64,000 nucleotides of DNA from Chiloscyllium plagiosum (lineage: Eukaryota), in contig NC_057719.1 of assembly GCF_004010195.1 (NCBI RefSeq), forward strand, positions 70,045,893 through 70,109,892. The letters run 5' to 3'. Every line of letters begins with the position of its first letter. Within the stretch, counting starts at the first letter, position 1. Shown here one piece after another: positions 11,641 to 24,050 of this stretch. The notes beneath the pieces are model-generated. The model was not told the origin of the DNA. It was given only the letters and a program-made list of their open reading frames with translations, and did no database searches. A program made the position numbers and the translations under genes.

Positions 11641-13759
11641 CCAACATATTATCACGGACAAAGCAACTCTTGCAATTTAAATTTACAATCTAAGATAGAG
11701 ACCAAAATGTTCTTATCTTCAACTACTAACATAGTTAATATCTTTTTTAGTAAGATACCATTTGCCTGTGTTTGCCTGTGTCAACATACTTAAAAATAAT
11801 TTTGTGTATATAAAACTTTTGGGATGTTGCTGTGCAAAATAATGAGATACTACCTGAGAATGATTAGAGTCATGCTTTTCTAATTGATTGCCTTTGTTCT
11901 CGAGGGATCCAGATTGGAAGTTTCTGAATGTGCCTTTTAAATTTAAATGAATATGAGAGAATATATACCATAGTTTCCTGGAACTTCACAGATTGTTTTT
12001 GAAGATTTAGTTAGAAGAAATTCCCAGATTTGTACATCTTAAATCACGTGGTTTTCAGGTGGTTGCCTAGCCAACAGCAAAGCCTTGAGATATCATCAGG
12101 CCTGTACGAGTTGTTCTTTTTACACATTCACAACAGAAGGAAACTAAACATCCAACAGGGAAGCCTTTCTTATTGTTTGCTTTAAGACTTCATTTGGCTA
12201 TGGCAGTAGGATTTCCCACTGTGTAATACCAACAAGTCTGTTTAGGGAATGGGCAGTTAGAAGGCATATTCTCCACTAATTCACTAGTGAGTACCTCTTT
12301 TTCATCAACCAAATGTAGCATTAATGCTTGCTTGTGCACATTTTACACTTCTTGTTTTGTTGGCTTCTGGTTTGGAGATAAACAGGTTCATAACCTGCTA
12401 TTGAAGGAAACATACACCCTTTTCTTTAAAATAGAAAAACTATAAGAAGAACACAGTCTGATCTACTTGTTTTGATCTACTTGTTACCTTCAGATGGAAA
12501 AGAGAAAATAGCAGAAGGGAACAGGCATGAACTTTCCTGGCAGTTTTATGGCAACAGCTTTGTGCTTTTTTGTTGTCTCTATATGGTAATGAAGAAGAGA
12601 AGGAAAAGCATGTCTTGTGGGCTGAGAGGCTAATTTATTATCTTCAATGCTTGTTGGATTAGCCCTTAGCTTTGCGAATTCCTGGACTTTAGGGTTTCCC
12701 AAGTTAAAGCTCAGGAGAGAAAAAGCAAAAACAGCAAATTGTTAGACACTACCACAACCATAATTTATTCACACTATTGGAAAAGAATTGTTCTTACTGA
12801 CTGCCTCAGAAGTACTGCATATCAAAATCAATAACTGTGTGTACAAATTAAAACATTTTACAGCACCAGCAGTATTGGAAACTGAAATTAGGCTGTGTCT
12901 AGACAAAGGGGCATTAAATAAATCAGATTGTGGTTAGGAATGAGGAATGGCTGACCAACATGGGAGTTAATCCACTGAGGTCATGCAAGTAACTGCAACT
13001 AATTGTTGGAGAGGAGTAGTTTTGTAACATCAGTAGCTTTACAATGTGTCAAAATGTACTGAACAAATAGGAAACAGAAAAATAAAATCACAATTCTGGT
13101 ATGCCTTTAAAAACCGAGCAAACTCAATGGAGCTAAATGGGACTTTTGGAGCAAATGGCATTGTACTCCATTTCCTTCCTCAAAATGAACGGTATCTTGT
13201 CCAGCTTACTCCAGTAAGATATTCATATCAATGAATCTATTCAACACCTCTAAGTTTTCTGTAACAATAGAAATAAATGTCACAGAGTCAGTGCTGAAAA
13301 GGTTGTTGCTATTTTGCAATCTATGATAGTTACATTTTCGGTGTTTCCATTGATACCTAAAAAGTGAGCTCTGGATGTTTTTTCAAATCAAGTTCACCAA
13401 TCTTTGAGTGAAATAGCACAAATATAAAGCATACAGTATTGTACACATCTTTGCTGAAAGTAATGGATTGTGTTACAGAATTTGAAATGATTTTCCCCTC
13501 AGCATTCCTTTCCATGAAATATTTTGGATCAATGTTTCAGAAAATGAATTATGACTTTTGAACATATGCCTTTGAGACAATTGCATCAAATCAAACAAAA
13601 TGAATTTGAACGCAAAATGTTTTTTCGCCGTTTGAGGGAGAGGTACAGTAAATGATTTTCACAAGCAAAACAAAAATGAAAAAAAAAATTAAACAAAGAT
13701 CTAGGCAGAAAGTATTTTCTACATTACATACCATCCTTATCAAGGTTAGAGGTGAGTCA

Positions 13760-14465
13760 TTTGATTTGATTTATTTATTGTCACGGGTATCTTGTTACAA
13801 AATACAGTAAAAGCTTTGTATAGTGTCACCACTCTCTGGCGCCATCTTAAAACACAGAAAACTAAACCAAAACATCGAATATAATGGTAGAAAAGTGAAG
13901 AAATAAAGAACATATCCAACTTTAGAGTCCTTCTTGTTATGTGCTCCATCCTGGGCCGTGGGTGTGGTGGCCAGGTACCAGTCCCCTTTTCCAAGCCTCT
14001 GCTCCTAGAACGAAAGTCACCACTGGTCCAGATCTCTCCTTCACTGACACTCTTGCCACTATGAGTCCTTGCTGGACCTTGCCAATGCAGATGCTATCAA
14101 TGCCACTGGGTACCACACCAGCCCAAACTCAACTCTGCCACCACCATGAGTCTGCTTCAGGCCCAGCTCACCGATGCTGCTGCGGGGTCTCATACTGGAC
14201 CCAAACTCACCTCCTCTACTCTGTCCATGAATCTGCATTGGATGCAGACATCTCCGGGAATCGAAACTCACCTCCGCAGCAGGAGGGCCTACTTGAGTCC
14301 ACACTGCTGGGCCCACTCGCCACCAAATGCCACGACCAAATTCTTTACCAAGAGGTAAATAAAATAAAAGAGAAAAAAAAGCAGGAAGAATGAGAAAAAA
14401 GGAAATGAAAAGAGAAGGAAATCTGACAGATCAGATGAGTCCTGGGCTCAGAAGCTGCTCTAAGG
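13760..14465 (-). mobile_element. Probable non-autonomous retroelement with a Rex-like 3' tail
   Basis: Minus strand ends CTGTA...GTGACAATAAATAAATCAAATCA, similar to the tail of the Rex element at 11.6 kb; GC-richer body with no recognisable RT. Confidence 0.45.
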
Positions 14466-15365
14466 ATTCTATCTATCCTCTGATAAATGCCTTCATATCA
14501 GCATGTAACACTCCCTCTGGAGAAACACAAATATGCAGCTTTGTCAAGCATGCACCACCAGTTAGTTCAATTGATTGCCCAACGCACCATACTGTCTGGA
14601 TTAACAACAGATTCATTTTTAGTAATCCTATTTAAAAAAGGTGCAATATTGATCCATGATTCACAATTAACTTATGACCTCTTTAGGCCATATTTCAAAT
14701 CAATGGTGCAAATCAAGGGTTTCAAGGGAGATTAATTTATATTTAAATTGCAGCAGCTGACTTTATGAGCTTGATTTTCAGCAAGACATTTCCTAACTTT
14801 ACACGAGTAGTTTCAGGCTGTTTTTCTTCAAGAAGTGTGGCATTTATAAAATCCAAGACATGGATCTGAGTTTTGAACCATGAACTCAGTGTGAAATGTC
14901 AGTACTTCTGCCTTAAAATCACAAGTTTGCTAAATTCCATATTTCACATATTTTGGTTTCAACAAACTGAACGAGAAGATGCAGTTTACCAAAACATCCA
15001 GACTTGTACCAAAGAAGAACACTCAGTGAACTTGATATTGAAAATAAAAAGTCATTCCATTACATAAAAGTGAAGGTATGACACTGTTACATTAGGAAAT
15101 GCTTTGGTGTAGAATTGTTGCCTTCTGGATGCCTTTAAATGAATATATTCTCCAGCAGCAACTGATCTCTACCAGCAGACAGAAAGGCATGAATTCCCTC
15201 AACTGTATTTCATGGGCAAAATGGAGAACTTTTTTGCTTGCCAACTTATATGAATTCTGATTTTGCAGAGGATGGGCTTTCAATGTTTTGGCCTCTCATT
15301 CACATTCCAGCTTCATTTTTCATCCTCTGTTAGACATTTTCTAATAAGTCTGATCAGGAATGCTA

Positions 15366-15450
15366 TTACACACTTCTGGAGCAAATGCAAGTGGAATCCA
15401 GGTTTCCTGGTTCAGAAGTAGGCTCACTACTACTGTACCACAAGAGCCCC
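15366..15450 (-). mobile_element. Short tRNA-derived SINE head
   Basis: Minus strand GGGCTCTTGTGGTACAGTAGTAG...CCTGGATTCCAC shows degenerate A and B boxes. Confidence 0.45.
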
Positions 15451-15519
15451 ATTCCTCTGTTATATTGTCCGGCATAAAGTGGAAACACTGTTGTTATTTA
15501 CTCATCCATGTCTACTTAC

Positions 15520-15682
15520 CTTCATCTCTTTTACAGTTTTTTTTAGCATTGGAATGACTACTTCAGCCACTTTGCCATTCCACTCTTGACACGAGTGAGA
15601 TTGGATTTTAAAAAATGGCTTCTCACTCAAATCCTTTGTTTCATACAACACATCATCATTGACATCACTACAGCAAGTTGCA
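15520..15682 (-). CDS. Candidate internal coding exon of an unidentified gene
   Basis: Acceptor ttcctgcctattgtgtag, consensus donor AAG|gtaagt; 163 nt open, phase 2 to 0: ATCCSDVNDDVLYETKDLSEKPFFKIQSHSCQEWNGKVAEVVIPMLKKTVKEMK. No homolog recognised. Confidence 0.35.
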
Positions 15683-16491
15683 CTACACAATAGGCAGGAA
15701 ATAATAGAATCCAGTGGACAAATTGATGCACTTGTTCCAGGATTGTTCTCAAAATATCCGGTTTGACCAACTGAATTTGGGGCATTCGATTTGTACGAAT
15801 TACTGACCTGAAAATGTGAATAGAATTTTGATTTTTAAAAAAATCAAATTTTGGCTGCAATGGTCTCATACAGACTGCTATCTCTACTCAGACTCGTATT
15901 GAGGTCTACCAAAGACAATTGAGTACTTGAACTTTCTTTCTAACGTGAAGCACTGGAGAAGTGCAAGTATTTGTAGCTGAAATAATGCTTGTGAATGCAG
16001 AATTTTTGACAAATTTGACCTCTATACTATTTGTGAATTAATAACAATATTGATATTTTGATAAGTTAATTTTGTGATGCTGTACAACAAAATAAGCATG
16101 AACCTGCATGAATCTCAATATGATAGTGTGTTTATAAAAGGTTAAGAATATTTTTAAGTTAATTTTCATTGTTATGACCTTCCTGCTGCAACTCTACAGT
16201 AATTTGCAACTGTGTCTCAATACACCAGTCATCAAAACCCCCAAACCAGCTATCAATCATGTTCGCACTAAAGTATCAATTTAAAATCGGAGGTCCAATT
16301 ATTTCTTTGCTGTTACTGTACAGCACTTCTGATATTTTTAAACAATTTGATTTTAATAGACTAAATTCAACTTTGAAATGGTATAGTCACTAGATGTGTA
16401 ATATTCACAACAGTTGTACTTTACTCATCCCCATACTATCACACTACAGTTATCTAACTTCAAACCATGTAAGCTATTCACCAAAGAAAAT

Positions 16492-16960
16492 CATAGACAA
16501 TAGACATTAGATAATAGACAATAGGTGCAGGAGTAGGCCATTCTGCCCTTCGAGCCTGCACCACCATTCATTATGATCTTGGCTGATCATCCTCAATCAG
16601 TATCCTGTTCCTGCCTTATCTCCATAACCCTTGGTTTCACTATCCTTGAGAGCTCTATCAACTCTGTCTTAAACAAATCCAGAGACTGGGCCTCCACTGC
16701 CCTCTGGGGCAGAGCATTCCACACAGCCACCACTCTCTGGGTGAAGAAGTTTCTCCTCATCTCTGTCCTAAATGGCCTACCCCTTATTTTTAAGCTGTGT
16801 CCTCTAGTTCAGGACTCACCCATCAGTGGAAACATGTTTCCTGCCTCCAGAGTGTCCAATCCTTTCATAATCTTATACGTCTCAATCAGATCCCCTCTCA
16901 GTCTTCTAAACTCAAGGGTATACAGGCCCAGTCACTCCAATCTTTCAACATAAGATAGTC
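16492..16960 (-). mobile_element. CR1 LINE 3' end, relatively young
   Basis: LSYVERLE*LGLYTLEFRRLRGDLIETYKIMKG..TRGHSLKIRG..NFFTQRVVAVWNALP (ORF2 C-terminus, two TGA stops) plus a (TATTGTC)n-like tail. Confidence 0.92.
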
Positions 16961-17510
16961 AAACAAGTAAGTAAAAAGTACCAAGATGTAAATTACTGCA
17001 GCCTTTTTCTGTGTGTGTAAATAAAACCCTGCACTGTCACCATTTTGGTTTTGAAGTTCCTCTAATTCCCACAGAGTAAAAGCTTATTCTCATCTGTCAT
17101 CACTAGCATTTGAAGAAGAAGATCAGAAACACTATTCTCAAGTGATCTTTAAGATGCTGAAATATTTCTTGAAATATCTTTTGCTAATTTCTTTTTGCTA
17201 GTTTCCAGTGACATAATTAGAGATGCCCTTGTTTGGATGAAACACTGAACTAAAGAAAGATCACATTGATGCTGCCTCTCTCTCCACTGATGCTGCCAGA
17301 CTGGTTGAGTTTCTCCACCAATTGCCGTTTTTATTTCAGATCTCCAGCATCCATAGTATTTTGCTTTTATTTAATAAACTAAATCAAGCCAGTCAGCTGC
17401 AAATTAAACATCACAGGCACCACTGAAGAAAAGTAGTGTTCTGCAAAGATTTGGTGCGACAAAGTTTGATGGAACACTTTCGTTCAGCCCATGAGCAGGA
17501 CCCTGAGATT

Positions 17511-17836
17511 TTAGAATTAGAATTAGAATCCCTACAGTGTGGAAACAGGTCCTTCAGGCCAACAAGTCCACACTGACCCTCTGAACAGTAACCCACCCAG
17601 ATTCATTCCCCACCCTATATTTGCCGAATGCACCTAACCTACACAATGCTGAACACTCTGGGCAATTTAACATGGCCAAGTCACCTAACCTGCAAATTTT
17701 TGGATTGTGGGAGGACACCATAGGAAACCCACGCAGACACGGAGAGAATGTGCGAATTCCACACAGACAGTCGCCCAAGGCTGGAATCAAACACAGGTCT
17801 CTGGCACTGTATGGCAGCAGTGCTAACCACTGAGCC
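17511..17836 (-). mobile_element. HE1-type SINE
   Basis: Same head, core and tail as 1629-1957. Confidence 0.9.
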
Positions 17837-18449
17837 TAATTTTAGTTGCTTGACATCTTAAGTCTCTGTTTCACTTCCATTCTGACCTCTTTGTCCTTTA
17901 TTTCTGATACAGTCCCAATGAAGCTCAATAGAAAATTGAGGGACAGTACTTCATCTTTCAATTACATTCTTCCTCACTCAATATTTGAGTTGACAATTAC
18001 AGATCATATCCACTGTTTCCAATTTTACTCAGGCGCAATGGCTAGTAATAATAATACTGTTGTTAGTTACAGTTCCTCTAAGCTCACTTTTTCTCTCTTC
18101 ACTGTAATATCCATGTTGTTGTTTTTTTCATGTAACCAACAATATTGGAATTACTAATCGCTTCATGGAATCCAAAGCATTTGTGTCATTAAATTCATCT
18201 AAGGTCAGACAGCCTGGACAAAGACAAACATAAAATACTGTGAATGCTGAAAACTTAAAAAATAACCAGCAAATGCTAGAGATAATTCAGCAGGTCAGGT
18301 GGCATCTGTGAAGAAACAAACAGAGTTAACATTTTGGGCATAATCTTTCATCAGAATATAAAAGGTCTCTTTTGAAAATGTGTTCATTTTTGTGGGATGT
18401 GGGCATCAAAAATTATTGGAGTCTCAAAAGGCATCACTTTATAATGTTT

Positions 18450-18770
18450 TTTTAAATTCATTGCCATGGGATGTGGGTGTCACTGACTGGCCAGCACTTA
18501 TTGCTTGTCCCTAGTTGCCCTTAAGAAGGTGATGTTGAGCTGCTGCCTTCAAATACTGCAGTCCACCTGTTCAGGGCTGAACCACAATTCCCTTAGGGAA
18601 GGAATTCCAGGGTTTTGACCCAGCAACAGTGAAAGAATGCCAATATATTTCCAAATCAGGATGGTGAGTGACTTGGAGGGGAACTTGAAGGTAGTGGTGT
18701 TCCCATGTATCTGCTGCCCTTGCCCTTTGAGATGAAAGTGGTTGTGGATTTACAGAAAGGATATTGATGC
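18450..18770 (-). mobile_element. LINE 3' end (probably the family of 24051-25810)
   Basis: Minus frame RARAADTWEHHYLQVP..HSFTVAGSKPWNSFP, then tail GCTGGCCAGTCAGTGACACCCACATCCCATG; a related tail lies on + at about 240-300. Confidence 0.65.
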
Positions 18771-18896
18771 AAAAAAATTTTCTGTCTACAGGTGCTGCCT
18801 GATTTGCTGAATAGAGAGCTTTAATAGAGAGATCTGAATAACTTAAACTTCCAAATGTTGAGCATTCTTTTCTGTGTAGCACATCATAAAACTCAT

Positions 18897-19196
18897 GATT
18901 AGATTAGATTCCCTACAGTGTGGAAACAGGCCATTCAGCCCAACAAGTCCACACCGACCCTCTGAAGAGCAACCCATGCCCTTACATTTACCCCTGACTA
19001 ATGCACCTAGCACTATGGGCAATTTAGCATGGCCAATTTGCCTAACCTGCACATTTTTTGACTGTGGGAGGAAACCCACACAGACACGGGGAGAATGTGC
19101 AAACTCCACGCAAACAGTTGCCCGAAGTGGGAATTGAAACTGGGTCCCTGGTGCTGTGAGGCAGCAGTGCTAGCCACTGAGGCACTGTGCCGCCCC
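18897..19196 (-). mobile_element. HE1-type SINE
   Basis: GGGCGGCACAGTG head at 19196 and AATCT-repeat tail at 18897. Confidence 0.9.
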
Positions 19197-20356
19197 GTGA
19201 TACTTGCAGCTGCTGCACAACAACTCATTAAGAAATTGAAACATTAAGATAACAGGACATTAGTAATAATGATGTTAAATCATACAAACAAATGCTGCTT
19301 GCAAGGAACTAATACTATTTTAAACAAATCAAAAATTTATATAGCTGCTGCCAATCTGCTGTGACGTTACATACGTGGATTTTTCAAGTAGATTATTAAC
19401 AGGGGACAGGAACATTTAATTCACAACACAGACATAATTTTGTCAATCTTGAAATTAAATCAGGGATCAAATATTGACACGATACTTTGACTATGCAATT
19501 ATAAACCAAATATGCATTACTTTAGGAAGGAAATATGTAAATTTGGCTACAGTATACACTGAAGAGCGAGCAGATGCAAAACTAATACCATTATTAGAAA
19601 TATATGAAGATAATTTGAAAAGTTTTAACAGGATATTGACATTAGGAACCTAGGAACTTATAGCAGAGACAACTCATACAAAAGTATGATATAAAGGTGG
19701 CAATGGAAAATAAGAGTCTGTGTCGACAACAAGATTTTTAATATTAACGATATACAATTACTTTTACAGAGCTCAAGTGAATTAGAATTAAAGTTAATCG
19801 TAAAAGAAAAAGAACGCTTTTCCAAAAATGGTAATTTTGTCCAGATTAGTTGGGAAATGTGATGATCCAAATGGGTATTCAGTTTGGCCAAGCAGAAAGT
19901 AGATTTTCTCTCAGGCAGCGAGGACGCTTAGAAAGGTTTTCTACTGCCTTTTGATGTTGGTGGAAATATCACAGGGCTTACTTATTTTCATAATTAGGCA
20001 TATATTTGACTTGCTCAGATGTGAGGCCACAGTTCAACAATCATGTCACGAGCAAACTCAATGTAAACTGCAATTAATTTTCTGCGACTATTATAAGAAA
20101 GTACATCGTTATTATTCAGCAACCCAACAGAGTTAATGCAGCATTCTAGCAGCAAGATTTGGTCAACACAAACAGAATGACTTATTTTCAAAATAAGGCC
20201 CTACAGTATGTATTTACACAGTTCGGGCATTAAAAAAAACACATGCAAAGAAGTTATGGAAAAGAATTCTGCTTCAATTTCAATTAAATCATTATGCTCA
20301 AATCTACACACCACACTTGAGAAAGCAGGCACTAGAGAGATTACAGAAAAGATTCA

Positions 20357-20592
20357 AGAAATAATTCAACAGAGGCTGGTATCCCATCACTATATCACCC
20401 TTTATTTATACACATGGAGAGTCCTTCACACTGATTCAGCTCCCTCAGAGTCAGCTCTCAGAGTGAACAAGATGTCTGACGCTGCTATTCTTATCTGCCA
20501 GCCAGGGCTCACTGATTGGAACAGATTAACAGCCCCAATCAGGAAACTCATCCTGGGAGGTCTACTTGGCTGACCTCATTACAATCACTCCA
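20357..20592 (-). mobile_element. Solo LTR (Gypsy-like)
   Basis: Minus strand starts TG, carries CCAAT boxes and AATAAA, and ends TTATTTCT (CA mutated); flanked by ATTCA / ATTTA, a 5-bp TSD with one mismatch. Confidence 0.6.
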
Positions 20593-20639
20593 ATTTACAG
20601 TAAATATTCTAAGAATAAAGGATTAGACTGTGAATAGTT

Positions 20640-21040
20640 TAGAAAACCTGAAGTTGTTCTCCTTGGAGAAGGCAAAGTTGAAAATCAATTTGATAGAACT
20701 CAGCAAAATCATTAGAGATATAAACAGATACTGTGCAGAGGAATTATTCTCATTGATGGAAGAATTGAGATCCAGAAGGCACTGGCTGTAAGTGAATGTT
20801 GAAAGAATCAAAGGCAACATGAGGAAAATCTTTTACAACGTGTGTTTATAATCTAGAATACATTACCTTACATTGCAAGCAGATTCAATCAGTTTTCAAT
20901 ATGAAACTGGATAAACACCTGAAGAGAAAATAAATTGCATGGCTAAAAGGAAAGTGTAGGGGAATGGGATTAACTGTGCTGCTTTTGCAAGGAGCTCCTG
21001 AGCAAATGGCTACATTCAATACTGTGTAACCATTCCATAA
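20640..21040 (+). mobile_element. Old CR1 LINE 3' fragment
   Basis: Decayed ORF2 C-terminal and 3' UTR pattern (TTGTTCTCCTTGGAGAAGG...ATGAGGAAAATCTTTTAC...CTGTGTAACCATTC). Confidence 0.55.
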
Positions 21041-21544
21041 ATGTTGTAGTTATGGTTTTGTCTTTGTATTCTTTAAAGTTGAAAATATTAATTTTGAAAA
21101 AGAATTTGCAAGAGGAGCAATCTAGAAACAGCTCGAAACGTCAGCTCTGTTCTCTCCTTACAGATGCTGCCACCCCTGCTGAGATTTTCCAGCATTTTCT
21201 CTTTTGGTTTTAGAAAATAGAGTTAGTGACTAACATTTTTATAGCTTCCTGATGCTTTTGATTTTACTTTGTGTTGGCAAATAGGTCATAGAAATAAAAT
21301 GCAAACTTAAGATAATATTTTCTAAGGTAGCTTAGGCCTTGGGTGTAACCAAGGAAAATTCTATGGGATTTAAAATAGCAGTGCAATGGTACTTACAATG
21401 GAACAAATAATTGGCACTTCCTTTTTTTAATGTTTTAATATGGAAATCATATTAAGTACTAGATTGGTACCAAGTTGTGTAATTGTACACATTGACTCTT
21501 GAATTCATAAAATGGGACCAAAATAAATTCAAAAACTGCTCGAG

Positions 21545-24050
21545 TCTCTCAATGACATCGCCTTCCTGGTCACTTCATCAAAGAACGTTAACAAATTTGT
21601 GAGGCATCATGTCCCACTCACAATGGCATGCTGACTACCCCTAATCAAACCTTGTCTTTTCAAATGTATGTTTCTCTTATCCCTGAGAATCTTCTCAAGT
21701 AACTTACCCACCACAGATGTTAAGCTTGCTGATCTTTAGTTCCCAGGCTTTTCTTTGCAGCCCTCTTAAATAATGGCACAATATTCACTACCCTCCAGTC
21801 TTCTGGGACCTCACCTGTGGCTAACAATGATGCAAAAATATCAGGCAGGGCTCCTGCAATTTTTTCTCTCGCCTCTTGCAGTGCTCTTGGATATATCTGG
21901 TCAGGGCCAGGAGATTTTTCCACCTTCATACATTCCAATACATCCAACACCACCTCTACTGTGACTATGCCCAAGATATCACCACTAACTTTCCCACGTT
22001 TCCAAGTCTTCATGTCTTTCTCCATGATAAACATGGAAGAGAAATATTCATTGAGACCTCCACCTCCTCTGGTTCTACATATACATGTTCACTTTGGTCC
22101 TTGTGGGACCCTATTCTCTCCTTAGTTATTCTTTTTCCTTCAAAAAACCTTAATTAACTTCTTTGGATTCACCCTAACCTTCTCAGCCAAGGCTATCTCA
22201 TGCCCTATTTTTTCCCTCCTGATTTCCTTCTTTAGTAAACTCCTGTATTCCCTGTATACCTCCAGGGATTCCCTTGATCCCAGCTGCCTGTACATGAGCT
22301 ATGTCTCTTTTTTCTGATCAAAGCCTCAATATCGCTTGTCATCCAGGGTTCCCTCCTGCTACCAACCTTGCCCTTCACCCTCACAGGAACATACAGACCT
22401 TGAACGCAGCTAACTCACTTTTAAAGACCTCCCACTTGCTAGAAGTCCCTTTGCCTGCAAACAAACTATTCTAATCAAACCCTGCAAGCTCCTGTCTAAT
22501 TCCATCAAAATTCACTTTGCCCCAGTTTAGAACTTGAACCTCTTCATAACTATTTTTGTCCCTCTTCATAACTATTTTAAAATTAATAGAACTATGGTCA
22601 CTGGTCCCAAAGTGCTCCCCCACTGTTACTCCAGTACCAGTCCTCTCCGATTTCCCAAGAGTAGGTCAAGTTTTTCCTTTTCCCGAGTAGGATCTTCTAT
22701 AAACTACTTGAGGAAACTTTCCCGAATGCACTAAAGAAATTCCACTCCATCCAAGACCTTAACACTCTGGCATTCCCAGTCTATGTTGGGAAAATTAAAA
22801 TCCCCTACTATAGCAACCCAATGCTCCTGAAAATCTCCCCAGTCTCCCTGCATATTTGTTCCTCTAATTCCTGTTGACTATTTGGGGGCCTATAGTACAA
22901 CCCCAATAACATCTCCACTTCTTATTTCTTAGCTCCACCCACAAAGCCTCACTGGATGATCCTTCAGTTATTTAATCTCTGATTACTGCTGTGATACTCA
23001 CTTTCATCAAAAATACTACGACCCCTCCCCTCCTTCCATCACTTCTGTCCCATCTAAAGCAACTGTCTAAAGCTGCCAGTCCTGTCACTCCCTTAGCCAT
23101 ATTTCTGTAATGGCTATAATATCCCAGTCCCAAGTACCTATCCATGCACTGAGTTCACCTGCCTTACTTCTCAGCCCTCTTGCACTGAAATAAATTAAAT
23201 TTAATCCAATGGCCATTCCTTGGTCCCTGCCATGTTGCAGTCTGAACTGTCTCTTCACTTTACTATTTCTGATTATCGTATCTCCTTTCAGCCTCGCACT
23301 TGTCTCCCTGCTGTTGAGGATCCCACCCTCCAGTCAATCTAATTTAAACCTTCCCTTGCGGCACTAGCAAACCTGGGGGCCAGGATATTGGTCTCCCTCC
23401 AGTTCAGGTGCAACCCATACCTCTTGAACAGCTCACCTCTGCCCCAGAAAATATCCTAATGATTTAAAAATCTGAATCCCTGCCTCATGCACCAATTCTT
23501 TAGCTACACATTTATCTGCCATTCCCTCCTGTTCTTACCCTCACTAGCACATGGCACTGGAAGTAATCCAGAGATTATCACAGACGAGGCACTGGTTTTT
23601 AACTTTTTTTTTAGTTCTCTAAAATCCCTCTGCAGGACCTCATCCCTATTTCTACCTATATCATTTGTAGCAACATGTGCAATGACTTCTGGCTGCTCAC
23701 CCTCCTCCTTGAGAACATTCTGCTGTTGTTCTGAGACATCCTGGACCCTGGCACCTGGGAGGCAACACACCATCCTGGAGTCCTGTTTGCGGCCACAGAG
23801 TCTCCTATCTGTCCACCTAACTACTGAGTGTCCTATCACTAAGGTCCAGTTTGCCTTTACCTTTTCCCACTGTGCCCCAGAGCTAGCTATCGTGCCACTG
23901 AGCTGGCCACTGCTGCTTTCCCCTGAACGGTCATCCCCCCCCAATAGTATCCAAAACAATATACTTGTTTTCAAGGGGAATAGCAAGGGGAATGCAAGGG
24001 GATTCCTGCTCTCTCTGCCTACTCCCTTTACCTTTCCTGGTGGTCACCCA
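21545..24050 (-). mobile_element. CR1 LINE: ORF1 SGNH-esterase domain, endonuclease and start of RT, decayed
   Basis: ORF 23504-23986 VIGHSVVR..MVCCLPGARVQDVSE..HVATNDIG..VIISGLLPVP (CR1 ORF1 esterase); ORF 21720-22034 KSPGPDQIYPRAL..GEVPEDWRVVNIVPLFK (ORF2). Confidence 0.92.

Noticed and set aside
13941..14393. 150-aa ORF
   Set aside because: Lies antisense within a probable retroelement; no recognisable domain.
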